Assembly (NCBI GenBank): GCA_037190965.1
Contig: JBBCKI010000042.1
Location: forward strand, 1 to 64,000
Length of the DNA stretch: 64,000 nt
Direction of reading: 5' to 3'
Source: Chthoniobacteraceae bacterium
Lineage (GTDB): Bacteria > Verrucomicrobiota > Verrucomicrobiia > Chthoniobacterales > Chthoniobacteraceae
How positions within the stretch are numbered: the stretch's first letter is position 1; the number at the start of each line of letters is the position of its first letter. Position numbers and translations under genes: made by a program. Below the pieces are notes generated by a model. The model made no database searches. It was not told the origin of the DNA and worked only from the letters and a program-made list of their open reading frames with translations. Positions 21,259-31,336 of this stretch are shown piece after piece.

Positions 21259-22464
21259 ATGAACACCGCCTCCCGAGCCGCCGCGCACGCGGGTCTTCTG
21301 CTGGGTCTTCTGTTGACCGGGCCTTTGGCCCACGGACAAACGCCGCCTCCCGGGCAACAGCCAGCAAACCCGGAGCCTGCTGTCAGCCAACCGGCAGCTC
21401 CTGCGGCACCAACGCCCGCGGCTTCCGGTGAGACGGCTCAGGCGACGCCGCCCGCCCCGACTCCCGTGGCGGTAGTTCCACCTCCGCGGCCAACTTCCGG
21501 CGAGACGGTCGGCGCTCTTTCGGATGGCGATATCCGGCAGGCCCTGGATCTGATCCGCACGAACTACGTCGATTCCGGCGCGTTCACGGAAGAGGCGCTC
21601 AACCGCGCCACGCTTCAGGGGTTGCTGGAACGGCTCGGCCCGGGCGCCATCATCGAATCGGGAGAGGCTTCCACGGAGCCAAATCGTTTTCTTGCCGAGA
21701 TTCTCGATGACCGGATCGGGTACATCCGCCTCGGCTCGCTCTCCAAAGATACCCTTGCCGAGTTCGACGCCACCCTGGGCAATTTTGCGGAGAAGAACCT
21801 CGGCTCCCTGATTCTCGATCTCCGCGCCACTCCGGCCAGCAGCGATTACGAGTTGGCTGCGGAAGTCATCAAACGGCTTACCCCCAAGGGGAAAATGCTT
21901 TTCGCCGTTCGCCGCCCAAGCGCCAAGCAGGAGCGGATGTTTACCTCCAGTCAGGAACCGAGCTTTAACGGCGTGCTGGTGACCGTCGTCAACCGCAGCA
22001 CCGCCGGAGCCGGCGAAGTCATCGCCGCAGTCCTCCGCACGCTCCGCAACGGCATGGTCGTTGGCCAGAATACCGCCGGTGAAGCGGCGGAATTCGCCGA
22101 ACTTCCCCTCCGGGGAGGCAAGCGGGTGCGCGTCGCCGTGGGCGAGGTGAATCTCCCGGGCGAAATGTCGATTTTCCCGAGCGGGCTCAAGCCCGATCTC
22201 ACGGTCGCGGTCCCCTCGAGAATCGAAGCCGAAGCATTGCGCCTCGGCTTGGAAAAAGGAGTCAGCGGGCTCGTCTTCGAAACCGAACGCGCCCGGCTCA
22301 ACGAAGCCGCGCTCGTCGCCGGGGTAAACCCGGAACTCGACGAGGTGGAAACCTACCAGAAAACGGGCGGCTTCCGAAAGCGGCCGGTCTCCGATGCCAC
22401 CCTGCAACGCGCCGTCGACCTGATCACGACCATCAACATCTTCGCGGGCAAACCGGGGCGGTAA
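21259..22464 (+). CDS. S41 (CtpA-like) peptidase homolog, predicted inactive
   Basis: Signal peptide, Pro/Ala linker, IGYIRL, LILDLR, GLKPDL motifs; catalytic motifs degenerate. Confidence 0.75.
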   Translation: MNTASRAAAHAGLLLGLLLTGPLAHGQTPPPGQQPANPEPAVSQPAAPAAPTPAASGETAQATPPAPTPVAVVPPPRPTSGETVGALSDGDIRQALDLIRTNYVDSGAFTEEALNRATLQGLLERLGPGAIIESGEASTEPNRFLAEILDDRIGYIRLGSLSKDTLAEFDATLGNFAEKNLGSLILDLRATPASSDYELAAEVIKRLTPKGKMLFAVRRPSAKQERMFTSSQEPSFNGVLVTVVNRSTAGAGEVIAAVLRTLRNGMVVGQNTAGEAAEFAELPLRGGKRVRVAVGEVNLPGEMSIFPSGLKPDLTVAVPSRIEAEALRLGLEKGVSGLVFETERARLNEAALVAGVNPELDEVETYQKTGGFRKRPVSDATLQRAVDLITTINIFAGKPGR

Positions 22465-22465
22465 G

Positions 22466-22496
22466 TTAAAGCGGTTTTTAACTCAAAAACGCTCTA
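22466..22496. mobile_element. Minimal remnant of MITE family D (two termini only)
   Basis: TAAAGCGGTTTTTAACTCAAAAACGCTCTA; right part is the reverse complement of the left end of the 40693 copy. Confidence 0.6.
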
Positions 22497-22931
22497 TCGC
22501 TTCAGGCGGTGACGTTTGAGTTCACGCTGAAAGTCACCCTGCGTCTCCTCGATCATCTGTTTGAGGATCTCGGCGGAAATGCAACTCCCGCCGAAGCTGA
22601 AGGCGGTTTGTTGCTCCAGAAGATCGCTCGTCGCCACGGTGATGTCGTGCACCTGCGCGTATTTGGCCACGAGGCGTTCGATGATGGCGTCCGCCGTCTG
22701 ACCCTGCGCCGAGTAGAAAATCTGGATACCGCCCGGCTCGGAGCTGTCCGACGCCTTCCCACCCTGCCCATCGAAAACCACCACCACGCGGGTGCCGGTA
22801 AAATCCTGATAGTCGGTCAATGCCTTGATGAGGGCGTCCCGCGCCAGCACCATTCTTCTTGCGTGAAGGGCGCGCATCTCCGGCCACGCAAAGATGATGC
22901 TGTGTGCATCGACGATCAGGAATTTCGCCAC
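22494..22931 (-). CDS. NYN domain (YacP-like) ribonuclease
   Basis: LIVDAHS, VVVFDG, TADAIIE, VATSD motifs. Confidence 0.85.
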   Translation of the reverse strand: MAKFLIVDAHSIIFAWPEMRALHARRMVLARDALIKALTDYQDFTGTRVVVVFDGQGGKASDSSEPGGIQIFYSAQGQTADAIIERLVAKYAQVHDITVATSDLLEQQTAFSFGGSCISAEILKQMIEETQGDFQRELKRHRLKR

Positions 22932-23075
22932 GCGGCAACTTGCCTGAAAAAGCCGGGGAACTCAAGCGGCGGCCTCCGCCAAGTCGGATGACCCCCAGGT
23001 TCCGGGTTTTAATGGCGCATCGGGAAATCCCTTGCTCCCTCCCTTAAATGGGCTATAGCAATTCCCTATCCCACT

Positions 23076-24740
23076 TTGAGTGCCCCTTCTCTGCTCCGTC
23101 TGACCCGCCCGACCGTCCAGCGTGACGTCGTCATTCTCCTTCTCATCAGTTTCGCCGCCTTCTGGCTCAATTTGGGCAAACTGGGGCTGATCGATCCCGA
23201 TGAGCCGTTTTATGCGCTCACTGCCCGGGAGATGGTCCAATCGGGCGACTGGTTGACTCCGCAGATCTTCGGCGCGCCGCAGTTTGAGAAACCGATCTTT
23301 TATTACTGGCTGGCGGCAGGCTCATTCAAACTTTTCGGCGAATCCGAGCTGACAGGGCGCCTCCCCACCGCCCTCGCGGCGACAGGGCTTGCGCTACTGA
23401 CCTATGCGGTGGGCCGTCGCCTGTTCAATCAGCGCGCCGCGTTGATCGCGGGGGCTTTCATGGCCACCGGGATCGAGTTGCTGGTGATGGGCCGCCTGAT
23501 GCTCACCGACATCCCGCTGGCGATCTTCGCCACGGCCTCCCTTTACTTCTACTGGCGCGCGCTGGAAGAGCCGCAACGGCGGGATCGCTGGATTTTCTGG
23601 CACATGGTCGCCACCGGGTTTGCCGTCCTGACGAAGGGGCCGATCGGTTCACTGATTCCTCTCTTCGGAACGCTTTCCTTCACGTTGCTGGGCGGCAAGC
23701 CGTTCCTGCTGCGGGGCCGGGGGTTTTGGGCCGGGTTGGCGGCTTACGCGGTGATCGTGCTCCCCTGGTACACGACGATGCTGGTCAAACATGGGTGGCC
23801 TTTCTTCAACGAGTTCTTCATCCGCGACAACTGGCTTCGGTTTGTCCGGGCGGAGCACCCGGCCAACAATCATTTCTGGTATTACCCCGGCATTCTGCTG
23901 CTCGGCTCCATCCCCTGGCTCCCCGGAGCGTTGCTGGCCGGGCGGGAACTCTTTCGGCGTCACCACGAGGACTCGGCGCTCCTCTTCATCCAGTGCTGGT
24001 TTTGGGCGAATCTTCTCTTTTTGACGGCGACGGCTTCCAAGCTCCCCTCGTATGCGTTTTATCTTTTCGTGCCGCTGGCGCTGGTGCTCGGCAAGGGGCT
24101 CGATGCGATCCTTGCAAACGGATTGCAGACACGCATGGAGAAATGGGTGCTCCCCGGAGCCGCCGCGTTGCAGGCGCTGGCAATGATCGCCGCCCCTTCC
24201 GTCAAGCTCGTCCAACCGTTCGCCGCGTCGGTTTACGTTTTTGCCGGATTCCTGACGGTGGCGCTGTTTTTCCTACTCCTGCGCTACTACCGGCTCTGGC
24301 TGGTCTCCACCACAATGGCGGGTCTGGCGTTTGTCGGCTACACGCTGGCGTTCCATGCCGAGGAGGTCGAATCGGTCTGCTCCATCAAACCGATCGCCCT
24401 CAAGATGATGGCGATTCAAGGCCCCGGAGAACCGTTGCTGGCAGGCAAGTTCGCGGTTCGGGGCATTGCCTTTTACACAAAACAATCGGTCGCGGTTATC
24501 GCCAACAACGCACACCCCTTCTGGGCCGCTCATCCCCTCAAAATCGTGGGCGGAAAAAGGGATCTCAGGACGTTCCTGAAAGAATACCCCACCGCGCTCT
24601 GCACCATGCGAAAGTCCGAGTGGATGAAGTACCGCAGCGAGAACGCCTTTGGAGCCGGTGAGGAAAACCGTTGGTACGGCGAGAACCTCCTGATTCGCGC
24701 CCGAAAGACGACATCGAAAAAAGGGTCGGCCTCGAACTGA
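23076..24740 (+). CDS. ArnT/PMT-like GT-C glycosyltransferase
   Basis: DPDEPFY, FEKP, LTKGP, SKLPSY motifs; many TM helices. Confidence 0.88.
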   Translation: MSAPSLLRLTRPTVQRDVVILLLISFAAFWLNLGKLGLIDPDEPFYALTAREMVQSGDWLTPQIFGAPQFEKPIFYYWLAAGSFKLFGESELTGRLPTALAATGLALLTYAVGRRLFNQRAALIAGAFMATGIELLVMGRLMLTDIPLAIFATASLYFYWRALEEPQRRDRWIFWHMVATGFAVLTKGPIGSLIPLFGTLSFTLLGGKPFLLRGRGFWAGLAAYAVIVLPWYTTMLVKHGWPFFNEFFIRDNWLRFVRAEHPANNHFWYYPGILLLGSIPWLPGALLAGRELFRRHHEDSALLFIQCWFWANLLFLTATASKLPSYAFYLFVPLALVLGKGLDAILANGLQTRMEKWVLPGAAALQALAMIAAPSVKLVQPFAASVYVFAGFLTVALFFLLLRYYRLWLVSTTMAGLAFVGYTLAFHAEEVESVCSIKPIALKMMAIQGPGEPLLAGKFAVRGIAFYTKQSVAVIANNAHPFWAAHPLKIVGGKRDLRTFLKEYPTALCTMRKSEWMKYRSENAFGAGEENRWYGENLLIRARKTTSKKGSASN

Positions 24741-24744
24741 GACT

Positions 24745-24900
24745 TTCCTCGTTACCAATCTCCAGATTGGTAATGCCATTGTCCCCGAATCTCTGATTCG
24801 GAAGCCTCGTCATCTCGTGCAGCATGCCGGAACGGACAGGGTTGCGAAACTGGAGTTTCGGAGACATGGGCGTTCCCCAACAGAGTTTGGGAACGAGGAA
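24745..24900. repeat. Four-hairpin palindromic repeat (family A), copy 2
   Basis: Close homolog of 8374-8530; begins 4 nt after the ArnT-like stop. Confidence 0.92.
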
Positions 24901-24918
24901 GAACTGAGCGTTGCCGTT

Positions 24919-25260
24919 CTATCTTTGGCGATTGAGGGCATCGACCTTTCGAGCCTTCAAATAACTCATCAGACAGGCGCTCATCACGGAGAGCAGCACG
25001 ATTGCCGAACTGATGAGGGGGTAATGAGAAAAAGCCGGGGCCAGTAATCCAAATAACCCAACCGCGAAAATCGGAACCGCCGCGATCAGCAACGCCTTGC
25101 CGCCATAGGCATTGATCTCATACCAGGCTTCATCCGACTTGAAGGACTGAGGAAAGCGAACGCCGTAGAAGTGATTCATCGGAACCTTGCGGCGAATCAG
25201 CGGGATACTCAATCCTGCAAGGAGAAGAGCAACCCCGATATCGATGTAGGCAATGATCAA
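24919..25260 (-). CDS. SdpI family membrane protein
   Basis: PMNHFYGVRFPQSFKSDEAWYEINAYGG motif between TM helices. Confidence 0.8.
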   Translation of the reverse strand: MIIAYIDIGVALLLAGLSIPLIRRKVPMNHFYGVRFPQSFKSDEAWYEINAYGGKALLIAAVPIFAVGLFGLLAPAFSHYPLISSAIVLLSVMSACLMSYLKARKVDALNRQR

Positions 25261-25360
25261 GAGAACGCATCATGCGAGGCTTCATTCGTCCCGTCAACCT
25301 GCCAGAGACCACTTGCAAAAGCTCTCGATCCCGCCGTTCTCTCCATTTACTCTCGACGGT

Positions 25361-25723
25361 ATGACCGCTATTCAAATCGCCGCCATCTTCGGGTTCCTCG
25401 CCGTCGCTCTCGGAGCATTCGGAGCTCATGGACTCAAGGAAACGCTGGAAATGAATGGAACGATGGCGGCCTGGCAAACAGCCGCGCTCTATCACCTTGT
25501 TCATGCGGTGGTGCTGCTGGCCATTGCCATGCAGCTTTCTAGTTCAGGAGGCGGGACCCGGTCGCTGGTGTTTTGGCTTTTCGCGGCAGGGATCGTGATC
25601 TTCAGCGGCAGCCTCTACGTGCTGGCGGTTACGAATATGAAATGGCTGGGGAGAATCACCCCGATAGGCGGCTTGAGCCTGCTGGCGGGCTGGCTGATGC
25701 TGGCGATCCGGGGGCTGAAGTAA
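25361..25723 (+). CDS. DUF423 membrane protein
   Basis: GAFGAHGL, FSGSLY, ITPIGG motifs. Confidence 0.9.
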   Translation: MTAIQIAAIFGFLAVALGAFGAHGLKETLEMNGTMAAWQTAALYHLVHAVVLLAIAMQLSSSGGGTRSLVFWLFAAGIVIFSGSLYVLAVTNMKWLGRITPIGGLSLLAGWLMLAIRGLK

Positions 25724-25731
25724 GCGCCGCG

Positions 25732-27450
25732 CTACCCTGATGTCGCACTTCTAATCCGCTGGATCTGGATCTGCACGCTTTGACGGCCGCGCCATTCATT
25801 GCGTTCGATGCGGAAAGCAACATCCCATGGGGGGCGAGGCAACTCGTCGATCATGGCGTTGAAAAAGATCGCTTCGTGCCGCGCGCCGTTCTGGGCCAGC
25901 GTGAGCCGAAGGTGCTTTTCCTTGAGCACCTGAGGGATACCCTGAGGCGCAACGCCACGTGCCAATAGCAGCGGTTGCTGGTTGCCCATGCCGAAGGGTT
26001 GCATTCGCTCGTGACAGTCGAGGAATGCAAAATCAACCTCGCCCAGTTCCACTTCGCCGTCGATTCGCACGGTGGGAAGGAGGTCTTCGTCGCTCAGCAG
26101 GGCGCGGGCGCGTTGAAGGAACGCCTCCTGGAAGGCCTCGAAGCATTCCCGGCGAAGGGTGATGCCCGCCGCCATCTCGTGCCCGCCGAATTTCTCCAAC
26201 AAAGAGCTGCACCCTTCCAGCGCCTCCACCAGCGAAAGACCATCGATGCTCCGTCCGCTTCCCTTGCCCAACCCCTCTTCGTCGAAACCGACGACGAACG
26301 CGGGTCGATGAAACTTCTTGCTGAGCCGCGAAGCGACAATCCCCAATACCCCCGGATGCCAACCGGGCGCACCAACAACAATGGCAGCATGGAGCGCCGG
26401 GTCGGCCACCTGTTTTTCCGCCGCTTCGTGCGTCTCTTTTTCCACCCGCTGGCGGTCGCGATTGCGGGTGTCTAGCCGCGTGGCGAGCAGGCGGGCGCGC
26501 GCCGGATCTTCAGTTAGAAGAAGCTCCAGCGCCTCCTGCGCGCCGCCAAGGCGTCCGGCGGCATTGAGTCGCGGGCCAAGCTGGAAGCCGACGTCGGACG
26601 GCCTGAGCGGCGTGGAAACTCCGGCCACTTCCATGAGCGCACGCAGGCCCGGCCAGCGCGTTTCGGCGATCTGCACAAGCCCGCGCTGCACAAGGATTCG
26701 GTTTTCGCCGGTGAGCGGCACGAGATCGGCCACGGTTCCCAGTGCGACGAGGTCCAGATGAAGGCGGAGATCGAAATGCGCCACATCCAGCGGACGGGCT
26801 TTGAGCAGGGCATGGCAAAGCTTGAAGACCAGCCCGACGCTGCAAAGATTGCGATGCTCCTCCCAACTCCCCTCGCTTCCGCCGGGCCGCTTCGGATTGA
26901 CCAACGCCGCACATGGCGGGAGTTGCTCTTTGCATTCGTGATGGTCCAGCACGATCACCTCGATCCCTTGGGCCACGAGGCTTTCGATCTCTTCCACGGA
27001 GGAAGTGCCGCAATCGACGGCAATGAGAAGTTCGGGCCGGTGGCTTTCCACGCAGCGAGCCACGCCTTCCTGCGAAAGGCCGTAACCTTCCTCCATCCGG
27101 TGCGGCAGGAAGCATTCCGGGGCAGCCCCGTAGGCCAGGAGCATCCGCGTGAGCAGCGCCAGCGAAGTGACCCCGTCGACGTCGTAATCGCCGTAAAGCA
27201 CGATGCGGCGGTCGCCGTCGATGGCCGCAAAGATGCGTTCCACGGCAGTCTGCATCTGAGGGAGGACGTAAGGGTCGCTCAAGGTTTTCAGGCGCGGGCT
27301 CAAAAACCGCAACGCCTCGTCGAGATCGCTGAAACCACGCCGACACAAGATCTCAGCGAAGGAAGGGGTGCATTGAAGTTCGCCGGCCAAAGTGTGGATG
27401 GCATCAGCATCGGCGGGGAGAGGTAGGATCCAGCGGGCGGAAAGATTCAC
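25732..27450 (-). CDS. recJ: Single-stranded DNA exonuclease RecJ
   Basis: GDYDVDG, DCG, DHH, GPRLNAAGR, GSGRS, FGGH motifs; start (GTG) uncertain. Confidence 0.95.
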   Translation of the reverse strand: MNLSARWILPLPADADAIHTLAGELQCTPSFAEILCRRGFSDLDEALRFLSPRLKTLSDPYVLPQMQTAVERIFAAIDGDRRIVLYGDYDVDGVTSLALLTRMLLAYGAAPECFLPHRMEEGYGLSQEGVARCVESHRPELLIAVDCGTSSVEEIESLVAQGIEVIVLDHHECKEQLPPCAALVNPKRPGGSEGSWEEHRNLCSVGLVFKLCHALLKARPLDVAHFDLRLHLDLVALGTVADLVPLTGENRILVQRGLVQIAETRWPGLRALMEVAGVSTPLRPSDVGFQLGPRLNAAGRLGGAQEALELLLTEDPARARLLATRLDTRNRDRQRVEKETHEAAEKQVADPALHAAIVVGAPGWHPGVLGIVASRLSKKFHRPAFVVGFDEEGLGKGSGRSIDGLSLVEALEGCSSLLEKFGGHEMAAGITLRRECFEAFQEAFLQRARALLSDEDLLPTVRIDGEVELGEVDFAFLDCHERMQPFGMGNQQPLLLARGVAPQGIPQVLKEKHLRLTLAQNGARHEAIFFNAMIDELPRPPWDVAFRIERNEWRGRQSVQIQIQRIRSATSG

Positions 27451-27529
27451 GGAGAAGCCGCAGGATGGCCGCATTTGATCATTTGGGGAAACCGAAAAGC
27501 AAACCTCTCTGAAATGGAGCGTTTTAGGT

Positions 27530-27698
27530 TTAACCCGAAAATCGGGATTGGAGCGGATGGGATTGTGCAAAATCTTGGAGCAGAAACGGTTGAGGAGAAG
27601 CGCCGCCCTATCTTTCGATAGGGCAAGTCTTCGACGAAGCCGTTTATGCCCAAGAGGTTGCTCAAGACCGCCGCGATCAATTTCGATTTTCGGGTTTA
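27530..27698. mobile_element. Palindromic MITE-like element (family C), copy 1
   Basis: Termini AACCCGAAAATCG / CGATTTTCGGGTT; homologous to 35325-35492. Confidence 0.85.
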
Positions 27699-27734
27699 AA
27701 ACCGGCCGGAACGATGTTTGATAGAGGGATATCG

Positions 27735-28403
27735 ATGAACTCCGTCTTCGAGATTATCGGCCCGCCGATGGTCGGCCCTTCCAGCTCGCACACCGCCGGG
27801 GCAGTTCGCATCGGCCTTTTGGCCCACCGACTGCTTGGGAGCACGCCTGTCTCGGCAGAAATCGGCCTGCACGGTTCGTTCGCCGCCACCGGGAAGGGCC
27901 ATGCCACGGATCGCGGGTTGGTCGCGGGGCTCTTTGGCTGGAATCCGGATGACGAACGGCTCAAGGAGGCGCTGGTTCTCGCGGAAAAGGAGGGGATGAA
28001 GGTGACTTTCGACACGGTCGATCTTGGCGAGGCCGCGCATCCCAATTCCGCCCGGCTCCGGATTGTCGACGGCGCCGGGAATGCGCTTTCCATGACTGCC
28101 TCGTCCATCGGCGGAGGGAGCGTGGAGGTCACGGAGATCGACGGATTTGCCATGCTGCTGACCGGCTCGCTTGATGCCTTGGTGATGTGGCATCAGGACC
28201 GGCCCGGGTTTCTCGCGCACGTCACGGCGGTCTTCGCGTGCGTGGAGGCGAATATCGCCACGATTCGCACGGCCCGCCGCCGCCGGGGGGCGGAAGCGTT
28301 GACGGTCATCGAACTCGACGCCCCGCCACAGCCCGAGGTGGTCGCCATTCTCTCCAAGATCGATCACGTCACGCAGACGCGGGTCCTCGCCCGGCTGGTA
28401 TAA
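27735..28403 (+). CDS. sdaAB: L-serine dehydratase beta subunit
   Basis: IIGPPMVGPSSSHTAGA, GHATD, SIGGG, C-terminal ACT-like domain. Confidence 0.93.
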   Translation: MNSVFEIIGPPMVGPSSSHTAGAVRIGLLAHRLLGSTPVSAEIGLHGSFAATGKGHATDRGLVAGLFGWNPDDERLKEALVLAEKEGMKVTFDTVDLGEAAHPNSARLRIVDGAGNALSMTASSIGGGSVEVTEIDGFAMLLTGSLDALVMWHQDRPGFLAHVTAVFACVEANIATIRTARRRRGAEALTVIELDAPPQPEVVAILSKIDHVTQTRVLARLV

Positions 28404-28426
28404 CTCTCCCCCCTCTCTTTTCCACC

Positions 28427-29323
28427 GTGAGCCATCATTTTTCAAAAGCCGCCGAGTTACTCTCCTTGTGCGCCGAGCACGGGCAATCAATTGCCGACAT
28501 CACCCTAAGCCGCGAGGTGGAAGAGACGCAGACGACCCGCGAGGTGATTCTGGAGAGGATGGTTCGCTATTACACGCTCATGCGCGATTCCGTCCGCAAG
28601 GGGCTGGAGATCGACTCTCTTTCGCCGAGCGGCCTCTCCGGCGGCGACGCCAAAAAGCTCCATGCCTATTCGCAGAGCGCAGCTCCGCTCTTTGGCAGCC
28701 AGTTTGCGAAAACCATTGCCTACGGCTTTGCGGTGCTGGAAACCAATGCCGCCTTCGGGCGGATCGTGGCGACGCCAACCGCCGGGTCCGCCGGGATCGT
28801 ACCCGCGTGCCTTCTTTCATTGCAGGAAACGCACGGGCTAAGCGACGAAGCGGCGGCGCGCGCGCTGTTCACGGCGGCGGGCATTGGTCATATCATCGGC
28901 GCGAACGCCTGTTTCTCCGGCGCACAAGGGGGATGCCAGGCAGAGGTCGGCAGCGCGTCGAGCATGGCGGCGGCGGCCATCGTGGAAGCCCTTGGCGGCA
29001 CCCCGCAGCAGGCGGTCAACGCGGCGGCTTTCGCGCTCATGAACACGCTGGGGCTGGTATGCGACCCGATCGGCGGCTATGTCGAGGTGCCATGCGTGAG
29101 CCGCAACGGGATGTTTGCCGTTCACTCTTTTCTTGCCGCAACGATGGCGCTGGCCGACGCGCGATGTGTCGTTCCCTTTGACGATGTGGTGATCGCCATG
29201 CGCGACATCGGTCGCCGGATGCCGCGGGCTCTCAAGGAGACGGCGGAGGCCGGTCTCGCCGCGACGCCCACCGGGCTTCGCTTTCGCCCCGCACCCTCCC
29301 ACTCCAGCGCGCCGAAGCCGTAA
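28427..29323 (+). CDS. sdaAA: L-serine dehydratase alpha subunit
   Basis: ATPTAGSAG, GGCQAEVG, GLVCDP, VEVPC motifs; GTG start. Confidence 0.93.
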   Translation: MSHHFSKAAELLSLCAEHGQSIADITLSREVEETQTTREVILERMVRYYTLMRDSVRKGLEIDSLSPSGLSGGDAKKLHAYSQSAAPLFGSQFAKTIAYGFAVLETNAAFGRIVATPTAGSAGIVPACLLSLQETHGLSDEAAARALFTAAGIGHIIGANACFSGAQGGCQAEVGSASSMAAAAIVEALGGTPQQAVNAAAFALMNTLGLVCDPIGGYVEVPCVSRNGMFAVHSFLAATMALADARCVVPFDDVVIAMRDIGRRMPRALKETAEAGLAATPTGLRFRPAPSHSSAPKP

Positions 29324-29363
29324 GCCCCCAGCTTTCTCTACACCCTTTCATATTTCTCCGAAC

Positions 29364-31313
29364 ATGAGCCTAGAATCCCTCGCCTCCTTCCAGCTTAGTC
29401 ACACCGGCCACGGCAGCCAACTCAAAGACCACATCTATGAACGCTCCCGCCGGCTTTTTGCGCAAGGCGACGCGCAACGCGACGCCGCCGTGGCCTCACC
29501 CGAGGCGGTTCGCCAGCGGCAGGAGGCGCTCCGGTCTTTCGTGATCGAAAGCTTGGGCGGCCTGCCTGCCTCGGACACCCCGCTCAACGCCTGCGTCCGG
29601 GGAATCGAGCAGGGCAATGGATTCACGATTGAAAAAGTCGTCTTCGAAGCCCGTCCCCACCAGTACGTCACCGCCAATCTTTACCTTCCCGCGAATCGCC
29701 CGGAGCGTTGCCCCGCCATTCTTTTTCTCTGCGGACATAGCGGAGAAGCCAAGGCATACTCCAACTATCAAGGCGTTTGCCAGACTCTCGTGCAAGCCGG
29801 TTTGATCGTGCTGGCGCAGGACCCCGTGGGGCAGGGAGAGCGGTCAAGTTACTACGACCCCGAGCGAAAGCAGGAGCGCGTCCGGCAATGCACGCTGGAT
29901 CACGATTACGCGGGCGCACAATGCCGTTTTGTCGGCGACAACATCGCCCGGTATTTCCTGCACGACGCCATGCGCAGTATCGATTATTTGATCTCGCGCC
30001 CGGAGGTTGACCCCGAGCGGATTGGCGTGACGGGGAACTCGGGGGGCGGGACGCAGACGAGCCTCGTGATGATGGCCGACCCCCGGGTGGCGGCGGCCGC
30101 TCCCGGGACGTTCATCATGAGCCGTGACAGCTATCAGCGCACCGGTCAGCCGCAGGATGCCGAACAGATCTGGCCCGGGTTTACCGAAGCCGGATATGAC
30201 CACGAAGACATCCTGATGGCGATGACTCCAAGACCGGTTTGCGTGCTCGCGGTGACGAGCGACTTTTTCCCGATCGAAGGGACGCGCCGCACCGTGGAAC
30301 GTGCCCGTCGCGCCTGGGAAAACTTCGGCGTCGGCGGCAATCTTGAATTGGCGGAGGATCATTCCGTCCACGCCTACACCCCGACGCTGGCGAAAGCGGC
30401 GGCCCGCTTTTTTTCCCGGCACCTGCTGAAGCAGGAGATCGACCCCACTCCGTTTTCCACGGAGCAGTTTCCCCAGGTAAGGCTGCAATGCACCGACTCT
30501 GGCCAGGTGAAGACCGACTACCCTGACGCCGAGTTTGTCTTCGACTCGAACCTCCGGCGCGTGCGGGAGGCGGAGGAGGAACGGCTTCGTTTTTCTCCGG
30601 AGGCGCGTAAAACACGCGCCATCGAGTGGCTGCGCGGCGTCGTCTTCGCGCACCGGGAAGCGAGTCCGGTCAACCCCAGGCTGATTCACCAACGCCTGCT
30701 CTCCGAGGATCTGGAAGCCGACGTCGCCTTGTGGTATACGCAGCCGTACCTGGCAAACATCGGCATGCTTTTCCGGGGTACCGAGCCCGCTGCAAAGAAA
30801 CGGGGGGTGACCATCGCCCTCTGGGATGGCGGCTCGCAGGAGATCATCCGCCACCGCGCCTGGTTAAGCCGGGAATGCGCCAAGGGGCGGGCGGTCCTGG
30901 TGCTCAACCTGAGCGGCATGGGCCCGCTTGTGCCCGATTCGAACCTACCCTCTACGAACCTCCATGGTTTTTACGGAACGTTCCATAAACTGGCCGACGA
31001 TCTCACCTGGATCGGCGACAGCCTTGTCGCTTTGCGAACCTTCGAAGCCGTGAAGGCGGTCGAGGCGTTGGAGGCGCTGGCAACGCTCTGGCCCGATCTC
31101 GACCTCGGCGATCTCCGTTTCCATGCTCACGGAAGACACGGAGTGTACGCCCGACTGGCCTCAGCGGTGGAGCCGCGCCTGCGGAATTGCGAATGGAATG
31201 AAGGTTTCCTCTTCGCCGATCTCGTCACGACCCGGTATTACGACGCCCACGACATCAAGTCGCTGATCCTGCCGGGAGCGCTCCGCTACTTCGATCTGGA
31301 CGAACTAGGGTAG
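29364..31313 (+). CDS. Alpha/beta hydrolase (acetylxylan esterase-like, duplicated fold)
   Basis: LCGH, GQGER, nucleophile motif GNSGGG, DFFPI. Confidence 0.8.
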   Translation: MSLESLASFQLSHTGHGSQLKDHIYERSRRLFAQGDAQRDAAVASPEAVRQRQEALRSFVIESLGGLPASDTPLNACVRGIEQGNGFTIEKVVFEARPHQYVTANLYLPANRPERCPAILFLCGHSGEAKAYSNYQGVCQTLVQAGLIVLAQDPVGQGERSSYYDPERKQERVRQCTLDHDYAGAQCRFVGDNIARYFLHDAMRSIDYLISRPEVDPERIGVTGNSGGGTQTSLVMMADPRVAAAAPGTFIMSRDSYQRTGQPQDAEQIWPGFTEAGYDHEDILMAMTPRPVCVLAVTSDFFPIEGTRRTVERARRAWENFGVGGNLELAEDHSVHAYTPTLAKAAARFFSRHLLKQEIDPTPFSTEQFPQVRLQCTDSGQVKTDYPDAEFVFDSNLRRVREAEEERLRFSPEARKTRAIEWLRGVVFAHREASPVNPRLIHQRLLSEDLEADVALWYTQPYLANIGMLFRGTEPAAKKRGVTIALWDGGSQEIIRHRAWLSRECAKGRAVLVLNLSGMGPLVPDSNLPSTNLHGFYGTFHKLADDLTWIGDSLVALRTFEAVKAVEALEALATLWPDLDLGDLRFHAHGRHGVYARLASAVEPRLRNCEWNEGFLFADLVTTRYYDAHDIKSLILPGALRYFDLDELG

Positions 31314-31336
31314 AACCCCGCCCTGATTTTTTGCCG

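Noticed and set aside
27470..27532. Possible end of another MITE (GGAGCGTTTTAGGTTTA) abutting family C copy 1
   Set aside because: No partner terminus or second copy found in the window
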